Shown here one piece after another: positions 12,439-24,680 of a stretch of DNA of 64,000 nucleotides. This DNA is from Squalus acanthias (taxonomy: Eukaryota): contig JASTWF010000344.1 in the NCBI GenBank assembly GCA_030390025.1, positions 372,001 through 436,000 of the forward strand. Reading direction: 5' to 3'. The notes beneath the pieces are model-generated. The model had not been told where the DNA came from. It saw nothing but the letters and a program-made list of their open reading frames with translations, and did not search any database. Numbering within the stretch: the first letter of the stretch is position 1; every line of letters begins with the position of its first letter. Position numbers and translations under genes: made by a program.

Positions 12439-12993
12439 GGAAAAAGTTTTAGAGATGTAACAGATTTTAAGAAAGTGCAGGGGCAGGGAATGGGAGGAGG
12501 AAAGAACAAGAGGGGAGATCTGTGATTGGATGGAAGGCAGGAGTGATTAAATGACAAAAGGGATGATGGTGCAAGGTGAAAGGAGATGGTAATAGTACAA
12601 CTAAAGAAACAAAAGATGGGTCTAGAAAAGGTGTAAATGGGAATGGCAGAATCATCAGCAGCTGCCATCTGAAAAAATAGGGGCAGAGGTTATGGTCTGA
12701 AATTGTTGAACTCTATGTTGAGTCCAGAAGGCTGCAAAGTATCTAATCGAAAGATGAGGTGCTGTTCCTCGAGCTTACGCTGAGCTTCGTTAGAACAGTG
12801 CAAGAGGCCGAGGACGGAGAGATCAGAGTGAGGGTGGAGCAAAGAATTAAAGTGACACGTGACCAGAAGCTCAGGATCACGCGTACGGACTGAACGGAGG
12901 TGTTCCACAGAGCAGTCACCCAATCTGCGTTTGGTCCCCCCAATGTAGAGGAGACCACATCGTGAGCAGCGAATACAGTATACTAAATTGCAA

Positions 12994-13944
12994 CTCCAAA
13001 CCATCGTCAACACCTTCACCGAAGCGTACGAGAGCATGGGCCTTACACTAAACATCCGTAAGACAAAGGTCCTCTACCAACCTGCCCCCGCCACACAGTA
13101 CTGCCCCCCCGATTATCAAAATCCACAACGAGGCCTTGGACAACGTGGACCACTTTCCATACCTCGGGAGCCTACTGTCAACAAGGGCAGACGTCGACGA
13201 TGAAGTCCAACACCGCCTTCAGTGTGCCAGTGCAGCCTTCGGTCGCCTGAGGAAGAGAGTGTTTGAAGACCAGGACCTCAAACCCGGCACTAAGCTCATG
13301 GTCTACAAAGCAGCAGTGATACCCGCCCTGCTGTATGCCTCAGAGACATGGACCATGTACAGCAGATACCTCAAAGCACTGGAGAGGTACCACCAACGCT
13401 GCCTCCGCAAGATCCTGCAAATCCATTGGCAGTATAGGCGCACCAACGTCAGTGTTCTTGCTCAGACCAACATCCCCGGCATCGAAGCTTTGACCACGCT
13501 CGATCAGCTCCGATGGACGGGTCACATTGTCCGCATGCCCGATACGAGACTCCCAAAACAAGCGCTCTATTCAGAGCTCCGGCACGGCAAGAGAGCCCCA
13601 GATGGGCAGAGGAAACGCTTCAAGGACACCCTCAAAGCCTCCTTGAAAAAGTGTAACATCCCCACCGACACCTGGGAATCCCTGGCCCAAGACCGCACAA
13701 AGTGGAGAAGCATCCAGGAAGGCGCCGAACACCTCGAGTCTCTTCGCCGGGAGCAAGCGGAAGCCAAGCGCAAGGAGCGCACGTCAACCCAAGCACCCCA
13801 CCCACCCGACCCTTCAACCACCGTCTGCCCCACCTGTGACAGAGACTGTAGGTCCCGCATTGGACTCATCAGTCACCTGCGAACTCATTTTTAATGTGGA
13901 AGCAAGTCATCCTCGGTTCCGAGGAACTGCCTAAGAGAAGAGAG
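12994..13944 (+). mobile_element. RTE-clade (BovB-like) LINE, 3' fragment
   Basis: ORF 13136-13894 (FPYLGS...QLRWTGHIVRMPDTRLPK...C-terminal CPTC..HLRTH); AAGAG-type tail; 14-bp TSD ATACTAAATTGCAA at 12980-12993 and 13945-13958. Confidence 0.9.
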
Positions 13945-15346
13945 ATACTAAATTGCAAGAAGTACAAGTAAATCACTGTTTCACCTGGAAGGAGTGTTTG
14001 GGGCCCTGGACAGTGTGAAGGGAGGAGGTAAAAGGGCATGTGTTGCATCTCCTGCGCTTGCACAGAAAGGTGCCGTGGGAAAGGGAGGTGGTGATTGAGG
14101 AGGGGACCAGGGTGTAGCGGAGGGAGCAGTCCCTTCGGAATGCTGAAAGAGGAGGGGAGGGGAAGATGTGTTTGGTGGTGGGATCATGCTGGAGGTGGCG
14201 GAAATAGCGGAGGATGATCCGTTGAATGTGGAGGCTGGTGGGGTAAAAGGTGAGGACAAGGGGAACCCTATCGTGGTTCTGGGAGGGAGGAGAAGGGGTG
14301 AGAGCAGAAGTGCGGGAAATGGAACGAACACGGTCAAGGGCCGTGTAAACCATGGTGGAGGAGAATCCTCGGTTGAGGAAAAAGGAAGACATATCGGAAG
14401 CACGAATATGGAAAGTGGCATCGTCAGAACAGATGCGACGGAGACAGAGAAACTGGGAGTATGGAATAGAGTCCTTACAGGAAGAGAGGTGGGAGGAAGT
14501 GTAGTCCAGGTAGCTGTGGGAGTCAGTGGGCTTATAGTGGATGTTTGTCGACAGCCTATCCCCAGAAATGGAGACGGAGAAGTCGAGGAAGGGAAGGGAA
14601 GAGTCGGAAATGGACCACGTGAAGGTGAGGGAAGAATGGAAAGTGGAAGCAAAGTGAATGAAATTTTCTAGTTCAGGGCGCCAGCAGGAAATGGCACCGA
14701 TACAGTCATCAATGTACCAGAAAAAGAGGCGAGGGAGGGGACCCGAGTAGGACAAAGAATGTTCCATATATTTCACGAAAAGACAGGCATAGCTAGGACC
14801 CATGCGGGATGGGGAACAGCCAGAAGTCGTGGTCCATGTGGTCCTGCCGTCAGAGGTTCAGCAGCTAGGGAGGAAGTTAAAAAGCAGGATCTCAAAGGTA
14901 GTAATCTCTGGATTACTCCCAGTGCCACGTGCTAGTGAGTATAAGAGCAGTAAGATAAGACAGGTTAATGCATGGCTGCAGAAATAGTGCAGGAGGGAGG
15001 GCTTCAGATTTCTGGGGTAGGAGGGACCTGTTTAAACTGGATGGGTTGCACTTCATAAGAGCTGGGACCAATTACCTCATGGGAAGATTAGCTGATGCTG
15101 TGGGGGAGGGTTTAAACTAATTTGGCTGGGGGATGGGCACCAGGATGAAACATTGGTGTGGAGAAACAAGGTACACAGAGGACTGAGAGAGGAAAATAGC
15201 ACTAGAGTACAGAATAGTTCAGAAATAGGAGGGATCAGACAGGAGACTACTGCGAACCAGTCTAAGATGGATGTAATTGGAAAATAAGCGTGGTAAATAA
15301 GGTTGGTGAACTGCAGGCACAAATCACCACATAGGGCTATGATATA

Positions 15347-15572
15347 GTGGACAAATGTGAGAAGTCACACAACACCAGGTTATAGTCCAACAGTTTTATT
15401 TGAAATCACAAGCTTTCGGAGCGCTGCTCCTTCATCAGGTGAAGTGACTTCACCTGATGAAGGAGCAGCGCTCCGAAAGCTTGTGATTTCAAATAAAACT
15501 GTTGGACTATAACCTGGTGTTGTGCGACTTCTCACATTTGTCCACCCCAGTCCAACACCGGCATCTCCACAT
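15347..15572 (+). mobile_element. Palindromic insertion copy B (199-bp inverted repeat, hammerhead motif on both strands)
   Basis: Inverted repeat 15347-15545 centred on G15446; family tail; TSD TATGATATAGTGG at 15338-15350 and 15573-15585. Confidence 0.9.
15449..15486 (+). ncRNA. Minimal type-I hammerhead motif (mirror copy on the minus strand at 15406-15443)
   Basis: TCAC-CTGATGA-A-GGAGC-AGC-GCTCC-GAAA-GC-TT-GTGA: CUGANGA and GAAA core, stem I TCAC/GTGA, 5-bp stem II, palindromic AGCU stem III. Confidence 0.75.
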
Positions 15573-16083
15573 TATGATATAGTGGCAATAATAGAGACCT
15601 GGCTCAAAGGGGAGGATTGGGAACGTAATATTCCTGGCTACAAGGTATTCAGAAAAGATAGGGAAGGAAAAAGGGAAGGGGGGGGGGCGGTGGCAGTATT
15701 GATCAAAGAAACTATTATAGCACTGGAGAGAGTTGATGTAGTTGAGGTGCCAAGGACAGAGTCTATTTGGTTAGAATTAAGGAACAATATAAGAACGATT
15801 ACGCTACTGGGTGTATACTATAGGCCACCAAATAGTGGGAAGGAGATAGAGGAGCAAATTTGCAAGCAAATTACAGTAAGTACAGAGTAGTGATAATGGG
15901 AGACTTTCATTATCCTAATATAGAATGGGATAGTAACAGTGCAAAGGGCAAAGAGGGGCAGGAATTCCAGAAACGTGCACAAGAGAGGAAGCAGTGCCTG
16001 ATCCAGTTCTGGGGAAAGAAGTGGGGCAGGTGGAGCATGTTTCAGTTGGCGAGCATTTGGGAAACAGTGATCATAATATCATC

Positions 16084-16250
16084 AGTGAGAAGTCGCACAA
16101 CACCAGGTTATAGTCCAACAGCTTTATTTGAAATCACAAGCTTTCGGAGCTCCGAAAGCTTGTGATTTCAAATAAAGCTGTTGGACTATAACCTGGTGTT
16201 GTGCGACTTCTCACTTTTGTCCACCCCAGTCCAACACCGGCATCTCCGCA
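16084..16250 (+). mobile_element. Palindromic insertion copy C (132-bp perfect inverted repeat folded inside stem II; ribozyme core absent)
   Basis: Inverted repeat 16084-16215 centred at CGGAG|CTCCG; 16-bp TSD ATCATAATATCATCAG at 16070-16085 and 16250-16265. Confidence 0.9.
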
Positions 16251-16911
16251 TCATAATATCATCAGGTTTAGAATAGTTATGGAAAAGGACAAGCATAAAA
16301 ATACTTAACTGGAGGAGGGCTAACTTCAGTGATTGAAAAAGGATCTGGCCCAGCTGAATTGGAATCAAAATTTGGGAGGCAAAACAGCAATTGAACAATG
16401 GGAGGTCTTCAAAGAGGAGATGGTTCGGGTACAGAGTAGACACATTCCCATGAGGGGGAAAGGAAGGGCATCCAAAGCTAGAGCTCCCTGGATGACTAAA
16501 GATATAGAGGTTAAAATAAGACAGAAAAAGGAGGCTTATGACCAATATAAGGTTCTTAATACTGTACAGAACCAAGCTGAATATATAAAGTACAGAGGAG
16601 ATCTAAAAAAGAGGGGCAAAGAAGGTGCATGAGAATAGATTAGCAGCTACCATAAAAGGGAACCCAAAATTCTTTTATAAGTACATAAATAGTAAAAGGG
16701 TCGTCAAAGGAAGGGTGGGGCTGATTGGGGACCAAAAAGGAGATCTTCTTGTGGAGGCAGAGGGCATGGCTAAGGCACTAAATGAGTACTTTGCAACTGT
16801 TTTCACTAGAGAAGAGGATGCTGCCAATGTAGCAGTAAAGGAGGAGGCAGTAGCGACATTGGATAGGATAAAAATAAAGAGCAAGTACTTAAAAGGTTGG
16901 CAGTCCTCAAA

Positions 16912-19900
16912 GCAGCAGCAGCGGCAGCAGAGCGGACCTGGGAGGAGCGGCGAGGCGGCGGCACCAACTCATGCACCGGCAGAATTTTCAAAGAGTTATG
17001 TCAGAATTCAAAAGTGACGTCGGCACAAGGGGAGGGAGCTGATTGGTGAGTATCCGGTAAGTGTTTTTTACTTGGCTTTCTTAAAGTTTTTAAGTTTATA
17101 CCAGCTAGGTTAGTAAATAGTCTGTTAATTAGAGGTATGGCAGGGCAGCTCACAGCCGTGGAATGCACATCCTGTGCCATGTGGGAAGTCCTGGACACCT
17201 CCCGTGGTCTGGACGACCACGTGCGGGAAGTATCGCCAGCTACAGCAGCTCGAGCACCGGGTTACGGAGCTTGAGCAGCGGCTGCAGTCACTGCTGTGCA
17301 CCCGCGAGACTGAGAGCTACGTGGACAGCACGTCTCGGGAGGTGGTCACCCCGCAGCTTAAGAGTGTGCAGGCAGAGAGGGAATGGGTGACCGTCAGACA
17401 GAAGAGGAGGATCAGGCAGGTAGTGTCGGAGTCCCCTGAGCCCATCTTGCTCCCCAACCAGCATTCGGTGCTGAGTACTGGTGAGGCCAATGGTTCCTCT
17501 GGGGAGTGCAGCCAGAGCCAAGTCCACAGCACCATGGAAGGCTCAGCTGCACAGGCAGGGGGGAAGAGGAGAGGGAGAGCAATAGTGATAGGGGATTCAA
17601 TAGTTAGGGAAGCAGACAGGCGTTTCTGCGGCTGCAGACGTGACTCCAGGATGGTATGTTGCCTCCCTGGTTCCAGGGTCAAGGATGTTACTGAACGGCT
17701 GCAGGGCATTCTGAGGGGGGAGGGTGAACAGCCAGAGGTCGTGGTCCATATCGGTACCAACGACATAGGTAGGAAGAGGGATGAGGTCCTGCAGGCAGAG
17801 TTTAGGGAGCTAGGAAAGAGGTTAAAAAGCAGGACCTCAAAGGTAGTAATCTCCGGATTACTACCAGTGCCACGTGTTAGTGAGTTCAGAAATAGGAAGA
17901 TAGAGCAGATGAATGCGTGGCTGGAGAGATGGTGTAGGAGGGAGGGCTTTAGATTCCGGAGGAATTGGAACCGTTTCTGGGGGAGGTGGGACCTCTACAA
18001 GCCAGACGGGTTGCACCTCAACGGGAATGGGACCAATATCCTCACGGGAGGGTTTGCTAGTGCTGTTGGGGAGGGTTTAAACTAGCTTGGCAGGGGGATG
18101 GGAACCTAAGTATAGAATCAATAGGGAGGGAAGAAAAACTGGAATTGGAAAACAAAAACGTAGAAAGTAAATTGGAAGGACAGAGGAATCAAGGGCTAGA
18201 TGGTAGTCAACAAGGAGGTTTGCCTGTACTAAATGGTATATACTTCAATGCAAGGAGTATAGCGAACAAGGCAGATGAGCTGAGGGCACAGGTAGATACT
18301 TGGGACTATGATATTATAGCTACTACAGAGACGTGGCTGAAAGAGGGGCAGGTATGGCAGCTCAACATTCATAGAGTCATAGAGTTATACAGCACAGAAA
18401 GAGGCCCTTCGGCCCATCGTGTCTGCGCCGGCCATTAAGCCCTATCTATTCTAATCCCATTTTCCAGCACTTGGTCCGTAGCCTTGTATGCTATGGCATT
18501 TGAAGTGCTCATCTAAATGCTTCTTGAATGTTGTGAGGGTTCCTGCCTCTACCACCCTTTCAGGCAGTGAGTTCCAGATTCCAACCACCCTCTGGGTGAA
18601 AAAGTTTTTCCTCAAATCCCCTCTAAACCTCCTGCCCCTTACCTTGAAACTATGCCCCCTGGTTATTGACCCCTCTACTAAGGGGAAAAGTTCCTTCCTA
18701 TCTACCCTATCTATGCCCCTCATAATTTTGTACACCTCAATCAGGTCCCCCCTCAGCCTTCTCTGCTCTAAGGAAAACAACCCCAGCCTGTCCAGTCTCT
18801 CTTCATAGCTGAAACGCTCCAGCCCAGGTAACATCCTGGTGAATCTCCTCTGCACCCTCTCGAATGCAATCACATCCTTCCTATAGTGTGGCGACCAGAA
18901 CTGCACACAGTATTCCAGCTGTGGCCTAACTAGCATTTTGTACAGCTCCATCATAACCTCCCTGCTCTTATATTCTATGCCTCGGCTAATGAAGGCAAGT
19001 ATCCCATATGCCTTCTTAACCACCTTATCTACCTGTCCTGCTGCCTTCAGGGGTCTATGTACATGCACACCAAGGTCCCTCTGATCCTCTGTCCTTCCTA
19101 GGGTCCTACCATTTATTGTGTATTCCCTTGCCTTGTTAGTCCTCCCAAAATGGATCACCTCACACTTTTCAGGGTTAAATTCCATTTGCCACTGTTCTGC
19201 CCATCTATATCGTCCTGTAGCCTGAGGCTTCCCTCCTTGCTATTTACCACTCCACCAATTTTCGTGTCATCTGCGAACTTACTGATCATACCACCTACAT
19301 TCATATCTAAATCATTAATGTACACTACAAACAGCAAAGGACCCAGCACCGATCCCTGCGGTACACCACTGGACACAGGCCTCCAATCACAAAAACAACC
19401 TTCGACCATCACCCTCTGCCTCCTGCCACTAAGCCAATTTTGGATCCAATGTGCCAAACTGCCCTGGATCCCATGGGCTCTTACCTTCTTGACCAGTCTC
19501 CCATGCGGGACTGTGTCAAAAGCCTTACTGAAGTCCATGTAGACTACATCAACTGCACTACCCTCATCCACACACCTAGGCATCCCCTCGAAAAATTCAA
19601 TCAAATTGGTCAGACATGCTCTCCCCCTGACAAAGCCATGCTGACTATCCCTGATTAATCCTTGCCTGTCTAAGTGGAGACTAATTCTGTCCCTCAGAAT
19701 TTTTTCCAATAATTTCCCTACCACTGATGTTAGGCTCACTGGCCTGTAATTCCCTGGTTTATCTGTAGTACCCTTCTTGAATAATGGTACTACGTTAGCT
19801 GTCCTCTGATGCCTCCCCTGTGGCCAGAGAGGTTCTGAAAATTTGTGTCAGAGCCCCTGCAATCTCCTCCCTTGCCTCACACAGCAGCCTGGGATACATC

Positions 19901-22900
19901 TCGTCTGGGCCTGGGGATTTATCCACTTTTAAGCCCGCTAAAAATGCTAGTAGCTCCTTCCTCTCAATACTAATTTGTTCAAGTATATCACAATCCCCCT
20001 GCCTGATTTCTATGCCTACATCATCCTTCTCCAGAGTGAACATAGATGCAAAATATTCATTTAAAACCTCACCTACATCTTCCGGCTCTACACACAGATT
20101 GCCACTTTGGTCCCTAATGGGCCCTGCTCTTTCCCTGGTTATCCTCTTGCCCTTAATATACTTATAAAACACCTTGGGATTTTCCTTTATTTTGCCCGCC
20201 AGTGTTTTTTCATGCCCCCTCTGCGCTCTCCTAATTTCTTTTTTAAGTACCCCCCTGCACTTTCTATACTCCTCCAGGGCTTCCACTGTTTTTAGTCCTT
20301 TGTATCTGCCAAAAGCCTCCCTTTTTTTCCTAATCCATTCTTGTATATCCCTTGACATCCAAGGTTCCCTGGACTTGTTGGTCCCACCCTTGACCTTTAC
20401 GGGAACATGTTGGCGCTGTACTCTCTCTATTTCCTTTCTGAAAGACTCCCACTGCTCTGATGTGGATTTTCCTACAAGTAACTGATCCCAGTCCACTTTG
20501 GCCAGATCCTGCCTTATCATATTAAAATCAGCCTTCCCCCAATTTAGAACCTTTATCTCCGGTCCATCTTTGTCCTTTTCCATGACTACCTTAAATCTCA
20601 CCGAATTATGGTCACTGTCACCAAAATGCTCTCCTACTGACACTTCTACCGCTTGCCCGGCTACATTCCCCAGAATTAGGTCCAGTACCGCCCCCCCTCT
20701 TGTAGGGCTTTCTACATGCTGGCTCAAAAAGCTCTCCTGGATGCACTTTAAGAATTCCGCACCCTCTAAGCCTTTCACACTCTGACTATCCCAGTTAATA
20801 TTGGGGAAGTTGAAATCTCCTACTCTTATTACCCTATTATTTCTACATTTCTCTGAGATTTGCCTACATATCTGTTCCTCTATCTCCCCCTGACTGTTTG
20901 GGGGCCTATTGTACACACCCAGCAAAGTGCTTGCCCCCTTTTTGTTTTTGAGTTCTACCCATATGGCCTCATTAGAGGAACCTGCTAAGATATCATCCCT
21001 CCTTACAGCAGTAATTGACTCCTTGATTAATATTGCGACACCCCCTCCTCTTTTACACCCACCTCTGTCTCACCTGAAGATTCTATACCCCAGAATATTG
21101 AGCTGCCAGTCCTACCCCTCCCTCAACCATGTCTCTGTGACAGCAACAATATCATACTCCCACGTGTTCATCAACACCTTCAATTCATCTGCCTTACTCA
21201 CAAGACTCCTTGCATTAAAATAAATGCCATCCAGCCTTGCCATACTCCCTTGTGCCGTTACATATTTGCTCTGCCTTCCAGACTGACTTGTTTTTTCCTC
21301 TATATTTGGCTGTGCATCACCCCCTACTATAGCTCCACTCCGTATCCCATCCCCCTGCCAAGTTAGTTTAAACCCCCCCCAACAGAACTAGCAAACCTTC
21401 CCGCAAGGATGTTGGTCCCGTTCCGGTTCAGGTGCAACCCGTCCGACTTGTACAGGTCCCACCTTCCCCAGAAACAGACCCAGTAATCCAGGAAACTAAA
21501 GCCCTCCCTCCTGCACCAACTCTTTAGCCACGCATTCATCTGCTCTATCCTCCTATTCCTATACTCACTAGCACGTGGCACCGGGAGTAATCCAGAGATT
21601 CCAACCTTTGAGGTCCTGCTTTTTAATCTGCTACCTAGCTCCCTAAATTCTTGTTGCAGGACCTCATCCCTCTTTCTACCTATGTCGTTGGTACCAATGT
21701 GAACCACGACCTGACTGTTCGCCCTCCCCCTTCAGAATGCCCTGCAGCCGTTCAGTGACATCCTTGACCCTGGCACCAGGGAGGCAACATACCATCCTGG
21801 AGTCACGTCTGCGGCCGCAGAAACGCCTGTCTGCACCCCTCACCATTGAGTCTCCTACCACTATTGCCCTTCCACTCTTACTCCTCCCCCCTTGTGCAGC
21901 TGAGCCACCCATAGTGCCGTGAACTTGGCTCTGGCTGCACTCCCCAGAAGAACCGTCAGTTTCACCGGTTACAGGATTTTCAGACGGGATAGAGAGGGAG
22001 GTAAAAAGGGAGGGGGGATCGCGGTATTGATTAAAGAAACTATTACAGCTGTGAGGAGGGATGATATGTTGGAGGGATCATCAAACGAGGCCATATGGGT
22101 CGAATTGAAAAACAAAAAAGGGGCGATCACACTGCTGGGAGTGTACTACAGACCCCCAAACAGTGAGAGGGAGATAGAAGAACAAATATGTAGACAAATT
22201 TCTGAGAAGTGCAAAAACTATAGGGCAGTAATAGTAGGGGATTTCAACTACCCCAATATTAACTGGGATAAAATTAGTGTGAAGGTGCGGAATTCCTAAA
22301 ATGCATCCAGGAGAACTTTTTTAGCCAATATGTAGCAAGCCCAACAAGGGAGGGGGCGGTTCTAGACTTAGTTTTAGGGAATGAAGCTGGGCAGGTAGAA
22401 GGCGTATCAGTGGGGGAGCATTTTGGTGCTAGTGACCATAATTCTGTTAGATTTCAGGTAGTTATGGAAAAGGACAAGGACAGACCAGGAATAAAAATTC
22501 TAAATTGGGGAAAAGCAAATTTTGCCAAGCTCAGAGGGGATTTAGCCATAGTGGACTGGAAACAGCTACTTGAAGGTAAATCAGTGTCAGGGCAGTGGGA
22601 GGCATTCAAGGAGGAGATCCGGAGGGTTCAGACCAAATATGTGCCCTTAAAGAAAAAAGGTGGGACTAACAAATCTAGAGCCCCCTGGATGTCTAGAGAC
22701 ATACAGGGTAGGATAAAGAAAAAAAGGGAGGCGTATGACAGATACCGAGGGCTAAATACTCCAGAATCTTTAGAGGAGTACAGAAAGTGCAGGGGTGCAA
22801 TTAAAAAGGATATTCGGAAAGCAAAGAGAGAGCATGAAAAATTCTTGGCAAGTAAAATCAAGGAAAACCAAAAGATGTTTTATAAATACATTAAGAGTAA

Positions 22901-24680
22901 GAGGATAACTAAAGAAAGGGTAGGGCCTATTAGAGATCATGAGGGTAATCTGTGTGTGGAGGTGGGAGACGTTGGCAGGGTTCTTAATGAATACTTTGCG
23001 TCTGTTTTCACAAAGGAGAGGGGCGAAGCAGACATTGCTATCGGGGGGAGGAGTGTGAAATATTAGATGAAATTAACATAGTGAGAGAGGAAGTATTAAG
23101 GGGTTTAGCAGCTTTAAAAGTGGATAAATCCCCAGGCCCAGATGAAATGTATCCCACGCTGTTAAGCGAAGCAAAAGAGGAAATAGCAGAGGCCCTGACC
23201 ATCATTTTTCAATCCTCTCTGGCTTCAGGTGTGGTGCCGGAGCACTGCTAATGTGGTACCCTTGTTTAAAAAGGGAGAAAAGGATAGACCAAGTAATTAC
23301 AGGCCAGTCAGCCTATCCTCGGTGGTGGGAAAATTATTGGAAAGAATTCTGAAGGACAGGATAAATCTTCATTTAGAAAGACACGGATTAATCAAGGATA
23401 GTCAGCACGGATTTGTTAAGGGAAGGTCGTGTCTGACAAACTTGATTGAATTTTTTGAGGAGGTAACAAGGAGGGAAGATGAGGGTAGTGCGTTTGATGT
23501 AGTGTATATGGACTTTAGCAAGGCTTTTGATAAGGTTCCACATGGCAGACTGGTCACGAAGTTAAAACCCCATGGGATCCAGGGCAAAGTGTCAAGTTGG
23601 ATTCAAAACTGGCTCGGAGACAGGAAGCAGAGGGTAATGGTTGATGGGTGTTTGTGTGACTGGAAGGCTGTTTCCAGTAGGGTTCCGCAGGGCTCAGTAC
23701 TAGGTCCCTTGCTTTTTGTGGTATAGATCAACGATCCTGACTTGAATATAAGGGGTATGATTAAGAAGTTTGCAGATGATACTAAAATCGGCTGTGTGGT
23801 TGATACTGAAGAAGGAAGCTGTAGACTGCAGGAAGATATCAATAAATTGGTCAGGTGGGCAGAACAGTGGCAAATGGAATTCAATCCAGAGAAGTGTGAG
23901 GTAATGCATTTGGGGAGGGCTAACAAGGCAAGGGAATACACATTAAATGGTAGGACACGGAGTAGTGTAGAGGAACAAAGGGAGTTTGGAGTGCATGTCC
24001 ACAGATCCCTGTAGGTAGCAGACCAAGTAGATAAGGTGGTTAAGAAAGCATACAGAATGCTTGCCTTTATTAGCCGTGGCATAGAATACAAGAGCAGGGG
24101 GGTTATGCTTCAACTGTATAAAACACTAATTAGGCCTCAGCTAGAGTACTGCGTGCAGTTCTGGTCACCACATTACAGGAAAGATGTGATTGCACTAGAG
24201 AGGGTACAGAGAAGATTTGCAAGGGTGTTGCCAGGAGTAGAGAATCTTGGCTATGAGGAAAAACTGGATAGGCTGGGTCTGTTTTCCTTGGAACAGAGGA
24301 GGCTGAGGGGAGACCTTATTGAGGTGTATAAAATTATGAGGGGCACAGATAAAGTGGATAGAAAGGACCTATTTCCCTTAGCAGAGGGGTCAAAAACCAG
24401 GGGGCACAGATTTAAAGTAATTGGTGGAAGGTTTAGAAGGGATTTGAGGGGAAACCAGAGGGTTGTGGGGGTCTGGAACTCACTGCCTGAAAGGGTGGTA
24501 GAGGCAAGAACCCGAACCACATTTAAAAAGTACTTAGATGTGCACTTGGGATGCTCTAACCTGCAGGGCTATGGACCAAGAGCTGGGAAGTGGGATTAGG
24601 CTGGATAGCTCTTTGTTGGCCGGCGCGGACATGATGCACCGAAATGGCCTCCTTCCGTGCTGTAACTTTCTATGATTCTA
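16912..24680 (+). mobile_element. Near full-length CR1 LINE (middle layer): 5'UTR, ORF1, and ORF2 split at 18370/21961
   Basis: ORF1 from ATG 17137 (CTSC zinc-finger start, then a frameshift into ORF 17174-18085 with coiled coil, GDS and DGLH SGNH-esterase motifs); ORF2 pieces 18145, 21919, 22410, 23229, 23742, 24036; TTCTATGA tail near 24670. Confidence 0.88.
18370..21960 (-). mobile_element. CR1 LINE (inner layer), partial ORF1 + frameshifted ORF2
   Basis: ORFs 21676-21912 and 21363-21707 (esterase), 19795-20925 (APE), 19155-19739 (RT, FADD), 18451-19185; tail at about 18370. Confidence 0.9.

Larger units (their letters stand above)
12350..14803 (-). mobile_element. 5'-truncated Penelope-like retroelement (RT + Cys linker + GIY-YIG endonuclease + 3' pLTR), split by an RTE insertion
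   Basis: ORF 13973-14803: MGPSYACLF, YIDD, LPFLD, YKPTDSHSYL, CKRRRCNTC. ORF 12690-13055: NLVYCIRCSRCGLLYIG...EH...HFN...EQHLIFRLDTLQPSGLN (GIY-YIG). Confidence 0.9.
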
